NCBI RefSeq assembly: GCF_009914755.1
Contig: NC_060946.1
DNA length: 64,000 bases
Source of the DNA: the human T2T-CHM13v2.0 reference genome, Homo sapiens
Reading direction: 5' to 3' (one strand)
Below are positions 15,263 through 34,409 of the stretch, piece by piece. Under the pieces are notes generated by a model. That model was not told where the DNA came from, did not search any database, and was given only the letters and a program-made list of their open reading frames with translations. The translations under genes and the position numbers were made by a program. How positions within the stretch are numbered: the stretch's first letter is position 1; each line of letters begins with the position of its first letter.

Positions 15263-17297
15263 AAAGATGCCTGTCTCCTGCCCCATCAAATAAATCCAAA
15301 TCTCTGCAGGGTGACACAGGGTATTAACATTCTTAAATTTTGCCTTTGCTGAAGTAAACATATAGTAATGGCTGAAAACCACTGCGTTATGTAAATACAC
15401 TTCCTATGACTTATTTGTAGTCCTTTCGTATCTAGCAATTTCTACAGACCCTCTCTGTGGGCTTCGGAAGCCAGAATGGGCAGGGCCAGGTGTGAGGTGT
15501 CCTAGGACACTGAGGGTAGAGCACAGCTCCCAGCTCAGGGGGACCCATTTCTGAGGCTAAGGCACCCACCTGGGGCTCAGCCTATCTTCAGAGGGAAAAT
15601 CACACCTCAGAACACCAGACACCCAAAAGAAAGCTCCAGTTTGGCAGATACCTGCCAATAGACCCTGGAGTGGCTGCCCCAGGGAAAACTGCCATTGCAC
15701 TGTCAGCTCCCTCCAGCCCTCTCTCAGGTCCCAGCAGGAGCAGATTTCTGACTAAGCTCAGAGGTCTCAACAAATGGCAGGTTGAACATCAGAGGAGTTA
15801 TTAATAGGCCTATAGTTACCTCAAGACTCCACCTTACCAGGGCCAAAAATGAGTCCTGGGAGGGCAGCCAGAAAGAAAGTAGGGCAGAGAGGAAACACAG
15901 GGAGAGGGGCCCTGGGACCACGTCAGATATGGAGGGAACCAGGGGAACGAGAGCAGCCCTGATGATTGTACTCCCCACAGCCCCTGCATGCCTGTGAACC
16001 CTGAGAATTCAGGGTGAGGAGCTCACTCTTGCCTTTCACCTGTTCCTGGGCTCTGGCAGGCTGGCCTGCTTCCTGCCCCAGCCTCACCCACTCTCCGCAC
16101 TCCTCGCCACTGATGTGGGCAGCTGATCTCTCCGGTTTGCTGGGCTCTCACCCTCTGCCCAATGGCACCAAGTTAACTTCTTCGCATGCTTTATTTTCTG
16201 TGATTAAAAAGGGAAACAATTCTCACTAACGCCATTTCTCAGAGGAGAAAACAGGCACAGGGATGTTCTATGACTTCCTCACGATCACCAAGCTACAAGG
16301 GGGAGCTGGGCTTTGAATGGAGGTCTACCCATGCTCCTAAAGTTGAGGCGTCCTCCAAGGAAAGGACAGCACCTATAAAAGCTCAATGAATGGGGCGGCA
16401 GTGTCACCACTAAGCCCGACCACGCTGCTACTCTGATATCCAACTTCCAGCCTCCAGAACAGGGAGAAATACAGTTCTGTTTTTGATGAGCTCCCCAGGC
16501 CGTTACAGCTCTTTCTTTGCTGTAACAGCCTGAACTAGCCCAGAAGTGCTATTCCATCATCTGTGTCATATTCCATCATTCAGAAGGGAGTCACTAACCC
16601 CTCAGTGCTGTCTCTGTGGACGCTGCCCACCCTAGGCTGAGATGAGGCACAGGGTCTGGGTCTAAACAAAATGGGAAGGCACTGGAAGGTGCAATGTCAT
16701 AGGAGGAGGATGTCTGAATTTCATTTAATCTCAACCTCTACTGGTGCAGCATGAAAGATGAGGCCCAGAGCAAAAGTGTCTTTTCCCGAGATCACACTGT
16801 GGACCCCAGGCCCACTGGAGTTGCATTAGACGTTACCTCTCACCCCTTCTTGTATTTGTTCCATTTCTAAGTGTGTGCAATATCCACAGGGAACACCACA
16901 CCATGAGTTTTTAAATATTTATCTCAAACATAACCTCATGAGTTCCCTAGGAAAGAGATGCTAGCATAACCCCCATTGTGCATGCTGGGGAGACCCCAAA
17001 ACACCAAAGGAGTTCTCTAGGGTCTCACAACTGCTAAAATAAAGGCTGTTTGACCCAGCACTGTCTCCTCAAACCTGGGACCCTGGTTATATCCAGGTCT
17101 TCCCAAGGTGCTGAAGGGGCACACTTTTTCATAATGGTGACTACGTAAGGAGTTGACGGGGGAGGGTGAGCGGTCAGAAGCCCAGAGGGGCCTTTGAGTA
17201 GGACTTATGGAAAGGAGGAGCTTACAGGATGGAACCTACAAGATGTGACCTCACTTCCTTGCCGACAGACCCCCAACAGAACTTACAATTCTGGTAA

Positions 17298-17540
<243 letters not shown>

Positions 17541-17945
17541 TAGGCCTCAGCTGTGCCCATCAGGGCAGCCTCAGGCCCCTCCCCATTTGTTTGGGGGAAA
17601 CAGGAGATGAGGGGCCCTCCCTGGATAGGAGCAGGTAGGTTGTCAGGTGTTTGGAGCCTGGTAGGTATGTCAGGTTCACAGCCCAGGCAGTGCCTGGCAG
17701 GATGGGAAGGTGAGTGTCAAGGACACAGTTTGTCTGCTCAGATCTGAATCCCAAGTCCTCAAGCTGTCATCTGCCGGAGACCTCAGGCTTCTCTGGCTGG
17801 AGGTCTATGCAGACGCTCCTATGTGCCAAATCCTGTTGGGGAAGGGGGTGCCAGGGATGAGTTCTAATGGGGGTGTCCCACTGTGGGGTCAGCCAGACAG
17901 GCCACTGACACCTCTTGGCCCAGCTCTCGGGCACTCTCTTTGCAG

Positions 17946-18053
17946 AGCTCCACACAACAGACCAAACAAGAGCTGTTGGATGGATTCAATTTCTCCATAT
18001 TCTTCAAAGGGCACGTGCACCACACCACCAACCACGTCCAGTGCCGGTCTGCG
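17946..18053 (+). CDS. RGL4: Upstream RGL4 exon B (RalGDS exon homolog SSTQQTKQELLDGFNFSIFFK...)
   Basis: ctctctttgcag| acceptor, |gtgaga donor, 108 nt phase 0-0; resembles RalGDS SSTQEIGEELINGVIYSISLRKVQLHH. Confidence 0.75.
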
Positions 18054-18744
18054 GTGAGATTGGGCACAGAAGGGTCTCCACAGACAGGACTTGTGAAAAC
18101 CAAGGTGGGCCCAGGACTCAGACACGAATATGGGGACTCCCTAAGCTCCATCCTAGGGCGTTCCCACTTGAGTGACCCACTGTCCTCTCCCAAAGGAATC
18201 TGGCTGCCATTAGTCCCCAGTGGCAACTTGGTTACAGGCAAAGTCCCTTTCACCTATCAGAGGAAGACCAGAGAAAATCCTTCTGTTTTCACTTTAGGCT
18301 ATGCCAGGAGTATCTCGGCATGTTGCTTTAAGAATTGAGTACAATGGTAACATTGCAGCAAAATACTCACACTGTTATCATTTTAACTCCCCACCCTAAG
18401 TGGATCTCCGGCAACAGGCAGGCAGCTCCGCTGCCCTGCCAGACCTCCTCCAGGACTTAAAATCCAACACTTTTGCACAAACAAGGGGTGGGGGTGGGGG
18501 GGTGCATTGATTACAACAAAAGAAGGTGAAGCGACTCTATGCATTAGTCTTTAAAGTGTCATCTCACAGAACTCATCCCTGCAGCCCCATCAGGCAGGAG
18601 TTGTACCCTCGCATGTCATTGTAACATTCCTTAAGGGAGGCCATTTTCCACAGCGGGTCAGCCTCTCAGTGCTGGTGGAGCCTGTCATGATAAAATTCCC
18701 TTTCGAGGCAGCCTTTCTACAAGGAGCATAATCCTATGCGTGTC

Positions 18745-19142
18745 CTAATAGGCTGGAGCAGTTTGCCAGGGCTGCCATAACACGGCACCCTGACTGAAGG
18801 GCTTAACCACAGAAATCTGGTTCCTCACAATTCTGGAGACTGGAAGTCCAACGTCAAACTGTCAGCCTGGGGTGGTTTCTCTGGGCCTCTCTCCTTGCCT
18901 TGGAGATGGCGGACTTCTATCTCAGTCAGCACAGGGTCTTCTCTTGAACTTCTCTGTGCGCTGACCCCCTCTCCTTGTAAGAACCCCAGGCATGTTAAAT
19001 TAGGGGCCACCCTAATGAACTCACTTCACCTGAATTACCTCTTGGAGTACTCTGTGTCCAGACACAGTCACATTCTGAGTCTCTGGGGTTGAGAATAGAA
19101 ACAGTTACATTTGGGGAAGGGGACACAATTCAACCCATAAAA
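18745..19142. mobile_element. MLT1-type MaLR LTR
   Basis: gggctgccataac...ttctggagactggaagtcca...ggggacacaattcaacccataa. Confidence 0.75.
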
Positions 19143-19974
19143 TAAACAAATCCCCTGCAGCAGACAGACACCCAGGAAAGGGATATCTGGGTGAAAGGAT
19201 ATGCAGATATCAACTTTCAACAGCTCTAGCTAGTTGACTTTCCAAAAGGGCTCCAGCTGGTCACACGGTCACCAGCAGCCTCTGAAGGTAGCTGCTTCTC
19301 TGAACGCAGCCTCCCCTGAATACTAACACGCTTTTAACTTTTCGCCAACCTGCTGTCTGTGTGGCAGAGAAAATCCTTGTTTCATTTCCACTTTCAAACA
19401 TACATTTGCGTAACCTTTCACGGGTTCAATACCTGCCTGCGTTTTCCCCAAGTCGCCTCGCAGATCCTGGGCCTTGGGACGCGCTTCCTCCCACCCTGGA
19501 GTCTTCCGGCATTTTCCCCTTGGCCAGGGCTGGGATGGCCGTAGCTGTTTCTCCAGACTCACGTTCATGTTAAAGGAACAAAAACAATCATATACCTTTA
19601 AGTCAAAGAGTTCTTCTAGAGCGTATTGTCCTGTGTGCTGTTGCTGAAATGAGGAGGGGATGAGGCCTCCCCAGGCCTTGAGGACTTGCAGGGATGATGC
19701 TCTTCATGCAGGTTGCTGACACAGAGGGTGCTGTTGCCCCACAGCTGACAAACACCGGGACGATGCCTTGAAGGCAGGAATCGTTTTATCATTCTCCATC
19801 CTCACATGCAATGTTACTTTGAAAGCCTAGAACGCTTTTCACCATGGGCACCCAGGTTCTCCATATGCACAAGTCCCTGAAGGGTTGGTGCTTCTTGGTG
19901 TGAGTTCCAGATCCCGATCCTCTGGTGGTCCATGGTGTTACCACTGACTCCCATGTCCCTCCTTGTCCCCCTAG

Positions 19975-20148
19975 TATGAAAATGAGATCTGCAGGATGCT
20001 AACTTTCCAGCCCGGCACTGGGGAGAAGCTGTTGGGAGTCCCTGGTTCCAGCCTTTCTAACTAAACCCATCTCCTCCTATGCCACCTGCCTGGGCCCCTC
20101 CTGGGACTTTATCACTGTGCCACACTTTTTGGAACTACTGGTTAGAAG
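19975..20148 (+). pseudogene. RGL4: Upstream RGL4 exon C, frameshifted REM (RasGEF_N) domain exon
   Basis: tccccctag| acceptor, AG|gtgagt donor; YENEICRMLTFQPGTGEKLL then +1 shift, ESLVPAFLTKPISSYATCLGPSWDFITVPHFLELLVR, versus RalGDS YENE...AGTLEKLVEHLVPAFQGSDLSYVTIFLCTYRAFTTTQQVLDLLFKR. Confidence 0.78.
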
Positions 20149-20798
20149 GTGAGTGTCCATCCCCCTCCAAGACACAGAGGTGCCTCTGTCCCCTACTGGC
20201 TCTGTCTTGAAGATGCACCTCTCGGAGCCTCGGTTGGCTCCTCTGGAACAGGGAGTAGTGAGAAGACGAACCTCACAGGGTTCTTGTAGGGACTCAATGA
20301 TCTAAGACACAGCAAACAAAGGGGTCCCTAGAGCCTAAAACTCTGGAAAATCTGCTGGGGGTGCTGTGATTCATGTTTGTTACTTTTCTCTTCCCCCTCA
20401 CTTGAAGCAGCTCTCAGCATTCTGCCTCAATGGCCTGTATCACTCACTGTTTGGAAAAACACATAGAAACCAAGTCTGCAATGGCACTGGTAAAGGATGC
20501 CTGAGATTCCTTCTGGCTGGTCTTTCTCCTTGACACAGACAGAAGAGGGGTCCCTTGGTGCTGAAAAAGGAGCCACAGGCCCACTCAGACATCTGGAGAG
20601 GCTCACTGGGGTTCTCCAAAGGTTGGGGTTCACTCATTCAACACATACATTCAAAACACCTCATTTGTGCATCGCTCTTCTTGGGGCTTGGCATAATTTC
20701 ATAAACAAAGCAGATGACAATCCCCCGGCCTTGATTCTACTCAGAGTCAGGCACTCACAGTAGACAGAATAAACAAGTCATATCTACAGAATGTTACA

Positions 20799-20883
20799 GG
20801 TGAGACCCTCATGGCCTCCTCTACGTATGGTGGCATCCTCCCAGATTCTGACTAGAATGACGCAGCCCAGCAACAAATATAAA
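20799..20883 (+). pseudogene. RGL4: Decayed RalGDS-homologous exon D of RGL4
   Basis: GETLMASSTYGGILPDSD*NDAAQQQI* versus RalGDS CDALTASSRYGCILPYSDEDGGPQDQLKN; two stops; putative acceptor reads AC at 20823-24; no GT at the expected donor. Confidence 0.65.
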
Positions 20884-21231
20884 CTGGGTGGATTTAGGGT
20901 TCTGAAGGGCCTTTTCACCCACAAAACATGGGGGAAAATATGTGGACTCTGGCTGGGGAGAGACTAAAGGAGCTCTGGGGCTCATACTTCTTATAATTCC
21001 CACGAGAAGGCTGACATCTGGGGACTTCCCCCACAAGAGGCAAATAGTGAGTTCTGTAAATGGAGACTTAGGTCCCCTGCAAAGCAGAGGGGAGGCTGGG
21101 GTCACAGCTGGCCACTGAGAGACCCATCCCCCTCAGCACCGTGGCTTCCCAGCTCTCCCTGTCCTCCTCCCCCCGACATCTGCCCCTTCCCTCCTAACCC
21201 CAGGACCAGGGGACCCAGATCTGGAGCTTTG

Positions 21232-28081
<6,850 letters not shown>

Positions 28082-28346
28082 GCTGGCAACATCCTGCAGT
28101 GGCTGGGAACCCACCGGGATGCTGGCCAGAACACCGGCTCTGCACCATCCCTCACCCAGACCGTAGACACCAGGGAACCACATCTAGGAGGCTGGCAGCT
28201 CAGCTGCATCTTGCCCTGGATCCTCATCACCAACTGCTCCTGCTGGCCAGGATCAGGCCATGGGACTTTTGTGAGTCAGGCGGGAGACCATTTTATGTTT
28301 ATTTTCTTTAGTGTATAAGTAAGGGTTTTTTCTTAACTTTCGTTAA

Positions 28347-28352
28347 AATAAA
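28347..28352 (+). terminator. RGL4: RGL4 polyadenylation signal AATAAA
   Basis: AATAAA ~265 nt after the stop codon, with U-rich sequence upstream and GT-rich sequence downstream. Confidence 0.8.
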
Positions 28353-31300
28353 ATTTTAAAAAACTATTCAAAATGTTCTGTAGTTGTTGGAATGAGAAAA
28401 GTAACTCCAGTGCGGTAACCATATACCAGTCTTTAGGATTCATAGCCTAGCATGTCAAATTGAGGCTATGGCTGAACAAGTTATGGAATAGCATTCACAT
28501 TACACATGCCAAGCATTTAATGTTTTCCTTCTTTATTCAAATTATTGTTAACTCTGCTTAAGAAAACAAACAGAACAAAACAAAACCCCTTAAAAGCCAT
28601 AGTATGTCACCCAATCTATGTCACCCATAGTATGTCACATTTGTTCTACTGACCAGCTATTCTCAAACTTAAATTCTAGTTAAATTCAAGTTCCACTGGG
28701 TTACTCAATTTTCTTAAGGTTTAAATATTTAACAAATCACTTAAATATTTACTGAAGGGCTGGAGATGGGAGGTATTTAAGCAAGTGGTAGGGCTGGCCT
28801 TCTCCAGAAGTCCTGGGCAGAAGGGAGCTGGCCATCAGTCTCCACGAAATACAGATAAACTTTTTCCACTGTGGATCTTCCCAGACCTTCTGACACCTCT
28901 CCCCTAAATGAACATCAAGGAAGGTGAGAACTGTTTGAACTCAGTATCTAAAAGATGTCCCACAGCTTAATTTGAACACAACCCCCATTGTGGGATATCA
29001 GACAAAAACATGCCAAAGAAATCAACATTTCAGGGTCTGAAACATGTAATACCCCCAAATCAACACAAAATAGACACCTAAATCCAATCCTGGAGCCGCA
29101 AAGCTCCTATAAGAAAAGCGGGAGTTTCTATTTCGGCAAAACTTGTATCTATGCACGCAGTTTGCAAAAAAGAAAGAAAAGAAAACCAAAAATTATCTAT
29201 GGCAAGAAACCCTTTGACCATGCAATTGATTTGGCAATACTTTTTCTTATTTTTTATTCTTTTTGGATGGAAAACAAAAATGTGAATACAAACACATAGG
29301 ACTAAACATCATTTTAGAGCTTCCGCATGGGGAAGAGAAACAATGAACCATTAAAGAAGGCATCCTACAGATTGAAAGAAAGTTCAGCAGAATCATCTGT
29401 GAAAGGGGTTGTTATCTAACATGTACAAGAAACTAACACTACTCTTAACTGGAAAAATGAACAAAACCTAATACCCAAGCTAAAACTGGGCAAAGAACCT
29501 GAACAGGCACATCTGAAGAGAAAACACGAAATTGACTGACAGGTCAAAGAGAAGTTGCTCAACTTCACTAATCCTCACACAAATGTCTAACTGCAAACCA
29601 GACTCAGATACCTCTCACTCTAATTAGAATGAAACTTACCAAAAACAACAAAAAACCCATATGTTCACAGGCAGTGGCCAACGTAGAAACGCAGAAAAAG
29701 ACACTTTTATAAACTATTGGTGGGAAGGTACATTACTAGACACACGAAGCGAAGCAGTTGAAGGTGCCTTAAACATTTTACATTACAACTACCCGTTCAC
29801 CTATCAATCCCACCACTGGTTATACACAGAAAGCGCATGGAATCTGTTATGTTGAAGAGATATCGGCCTTCCTATGGTGACTGAAGCACTACTCACAATA
29901 GCAAAGGTATCCAATCCACCTACCTGTTCATGCACAGATAAAGGGATAAAGAAACTGCAGCACGCAGTGGAATCCTCTTCGGCCGCAGAAATTCATGAAA
30001 TCATGTCATCTGCAGCAACGTGCAGAAACCTGGAGGACATGACCTTCAACAAAATGAGTCAGGCAGAGAAAGACAAACAGCATGATTTCATGCATGTGAG
30101 AATGAGATCAACTTTCTCTCTAAACGACTTTATCTCCTAGAACTAGAAAGTTCCACAGTGGTGAAGAGAGGCGGGGGGTTGGGGAGTCCGGGCAGGAACT
30201 GGGAAATGGATACAATGTTACATTCAGATGACAGGAATAAATTCAGCTGTTCTACTCCACAGTAGGGTGTCTAGAGTTAACAGTATCCTACCATATTTTC
30301 CAAAAAAGGCTGAAAAGAAGGATTCTGCATATTGCAACGACAGAGAACTAATAAATAATAACTACACAAGGTAACAGAGACAGTCAATGCCTTGCTTTCA
30401 TCATTACACAAGGTATATATGCATGATCAAAATGTCCCACTCTACTCTTTAACTGTATACCTTTACTACAGAGCAAATTGGTTTTAAGGACACAGAAATA
30501 AACAATGCTGGAGTTCATGTGACACCAGGAAATGCCCGGCATTTCCAAAGCAATTCTGAGAAATCCAAACTACATTGGATGCATCACATTCTCTGATTTG
30601 AAATTTCACTCAAACTCTAGGGACCTGCTTCCACATGGATGAGTGGAAGAGAACCTGAAGTAAACCCACACACCTCATACGACCTGATTTTGGATGAAAT
30701 ACACAATGATAAGTAATGGGGAAAGAACTCCCTTTTCAATAGTCTTGGGGTAAGTGGCGAGCCATATGCAGAACAGTAAGTAACACTAGGCCTCTACTTC
30801 TCACCATGTGCAAAAGTTCACTCCGATGAATGAAAGATGTAAATGGAAGACCTCAAACTACAAAAATCCTACAAGAGACCCTAGGAAGTACCCTTCTCGA
30901 CATCGGCTTTGACAAAGCATTTATATGCCTAAGACCCCACATGACACTGCAACAAAAGCAGTAATCAACATGTGGGACCTAATACACTGAAGAGCCACCG
31001 CACAACACGACAAATTACCAACAGAGTAGACAGACAACATACAGGATGAGAGAAAATGTTCCCAAACTATGCACCTCACCAAGGTTCTAATATCTAGAAT
31101 CTACCTTAAAGACCTTATAGAAATCAATTAGCAAAACCCCCCAAATAACTAATAAATAGACAATGGATATGAACACACACTTCTTGAAAGATGACGTACA
31201 AGCAACCAACAAATCTGAAAATATGCTCAACCTAACTATCAGAGAAATATAAATCAAAAGCACAAGGAGATATCATCTCACACTGGTCAGAATGGCGATT

Positions 31301-32614
31301 ACACAGTTAAAAAAAAAAAAGGACACTGGTGTGGCAGCAGAGAAAGGGGACACTGGTCCACTTTTGGTGAAAATGCAGAGTAGTTCAGACACCATGGAAA
31401 GCACTTCGGAGATTGCTCAAAGAACTTAAACCAGAACTACCATCTGACCCAGCAATCCCACCACTAGGATATACACAAAGGAAAATGAATCCTTCTGACC
31501 AAAACACACATGCACACAAACGGTCTTGGCAGCACTATTTACGATGGCAAACACGTGAAATCAACCTAGGTACCCATCAACAGTGGATCAGAAAAGGAAA
31601 ATGCAGTACATATATACCACAAAAAGCTAGGCAGCCATTACAAAAAAGAAGGAAATCATGTCCTTGGCAGCACCATGAAAGGAGCTGGAGGCCATTATCT
31701 AAAGAGAAATAAGGAAAAAACAGAACACCAAATGACACATGTTCTCACTTACAAGGTGGAGCTAAAATTGAATACACCCTACCGTAAAAGTGAAAACAGC
31801 AGACACTGGTGACTATCAGACGAAAAAGAAGGGACAAGGTATGTGCTAAAGACCTACCCGGTGGGTGCACCTGTTCCCTGCGTGATAAGGTCCCTGGGAC
31901 CCCAAGTCTCAGTGGCATGCAGTATACCAAAGGCAGTAACTAATCTGCCTTTGTACCCTTTAGTCTATAATAAACGTAGAAATTATGTTAAAAAATACAC
32001 TTAGAAGCTAAAAAAATGAATGAAAAACACAAGCTTTTATAATTATCCAAACAATCCTTTATTGGTATAAACTAAGAAAGTGGACAGAATGAGTAAACCA
32101 AATACTCAACCCCAATTTACATATAGTGAACACATTTTTTCAAAAGAACACCAAAAAGACACAATGGGAAAAAGAGACTGTTTAATAGATGATTTTGAGC
32201 AAACTGAATATTCACATACAAAACACTGAAATAGGACCCTTATGTCATGCAACACAAAAATCAATGCAAAATACATTAAAGACCTAAAACTCAATTCTGA
32301 AACCACAAAACTCCCACAAGAAAACAGGGTGCGCATGTATTTTAGAAAAGAAATCCATGCACGCAGCCTGCTAAAGGTATAAACAAAACATTAAAACAAA
32401 GGAAACACTCTAAGAAAACATCCATAGACAATGTAATGGCTTGGCATTTTCACTGAAAAGCTGGGGACCCGGTTCCACAGAGCAGTGGAACAGATTAGAA
32501 GACCCAGATATAAACCCGCACAACTGAAACCATCTGATGCTTGAAAAAAATCAACAAAAATAAGCGATGGAGAAAGGACTCCCTATCAGTAAGTGGTGCT
32601 GGGATAAGTGGCTA

Positions 32615-33012
<398 letters not shown>

Positions 33013-34383
33013 AAAATCCAAGACCTGAAACTATAAAAAAATCCTGCACAGGAATCTAGTAAATACCCTTCTCGACAGAGGCTTCGGCAAAGCATTTATA
33101 TGTCAAGTCCCCAAAACCAATGGCAACAAAAACAATTACTGATAAGTGAGACCTAATGCACAACAGAGCTGCTGCACAGTACAAGAAACTACCAACAGAG
33201 TAAACAGACAGCCTATAGAATGAGGGAAAATATTCCCCAACTATGCATCTGAAAAACATCTAATATCCAGGATTTATCGTAAAGACCTTAAACAAATAAA
33301 ACCAGAAAAAAAAAAAAAAAACAACTTATAAATGGGCAAGGGACATGAACACACACTTAAAAGGAGGTGTACCAGTAACCAATGAGCATGAAAACATGCT
33401 CGATCTCACTGATCATCAGAGAAATGCAAATCAAAAACATACTGAGATACCATCTCACACTGGTCAGAATGGCAATTACGACACACAGTCCACAACAACA
33501 GAGGCTGGAGGGGCAGATGAGCAAAGAAATGCAGGTCCACTGTTGGGGGAAATGCAAACTAGTTCAGACCCCCTGGAGAGTAGTGTGGACATTTCTCAAA
33601 GAACTTAAAAGAGAACTACCACCCCACGCTGCAACCCCACTCCGAAGGATCTACCCAAAGGAAAATCCTTCCACCAAAAACACACATGCACTCATCTGTT
33701 CATGGCAGTACTACTCACAATGGTAAAGACATGGAATCGGCCTTGGTGCCCATCAGCAGTGGATCAGAGAAAGGAAATGTGGTATATACACACCACGGAA
33801 CGCTACACAGCCATAAAAAACAAATCCATGCCCTTACCAGAAACACGGACAGAGCCGTAGTCCATTATGAACAAAAGGCAAGAACAGAAAACCAAAATTT
33901 TCAAAACAGCTACAAAGGTCAATTGTGAATATTCTCTCCACAGAGAAATCATAACTCTGGAGCTCACAGAGATGCTAGACACTGCAACTTCATTATGATG
34001 CCACTTTTACATAGATCAAATTGTCCCTTACAGCAGCTGGTTATACACACATACTCTACGGCAATGAAATTGCTATCCCATTCTGGTAACATTCATTCTC
34101 AGTGGAGTGAGATGATATCTGAGTGTGGTTTTGACTTCTCGTGAGGATCAGTAATGTTGATTCAGAATCTTTTACCTGTGCATCCGTCTCAGGTCTTCAG
34201 GTCCTTTGCCCAGTCTTACACATTAAATTGAAACAAGTTCACAATAACTTGGCAAACATCACTCACCACAAGCAAAATGTAAATCAAAACCACACTTAGA
34301 TACCATCTCATTCTAACTAGAATGAGTGTTACAAAAAAAGACAAAAAACATTGAAAGAAAGGCAAATGCTGGTGTGTGTTTCC

Positions 34384-34409
34384 AGAGAGAGAGAGAGAGA
34401 GAGAGAGAC
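34384..34409 (+). repeat. (AG)n microsatellite
   Basis: Direct sequence. Confidence 0.9.

Noticed and set aside
28598-28640. Short tandem repeat ccatagtatgtcac (similar ones at ~39733 and ~55999)
   Set aside because: Two- to three-copy slippage duplications; not CRISPR-like and no functional hint.
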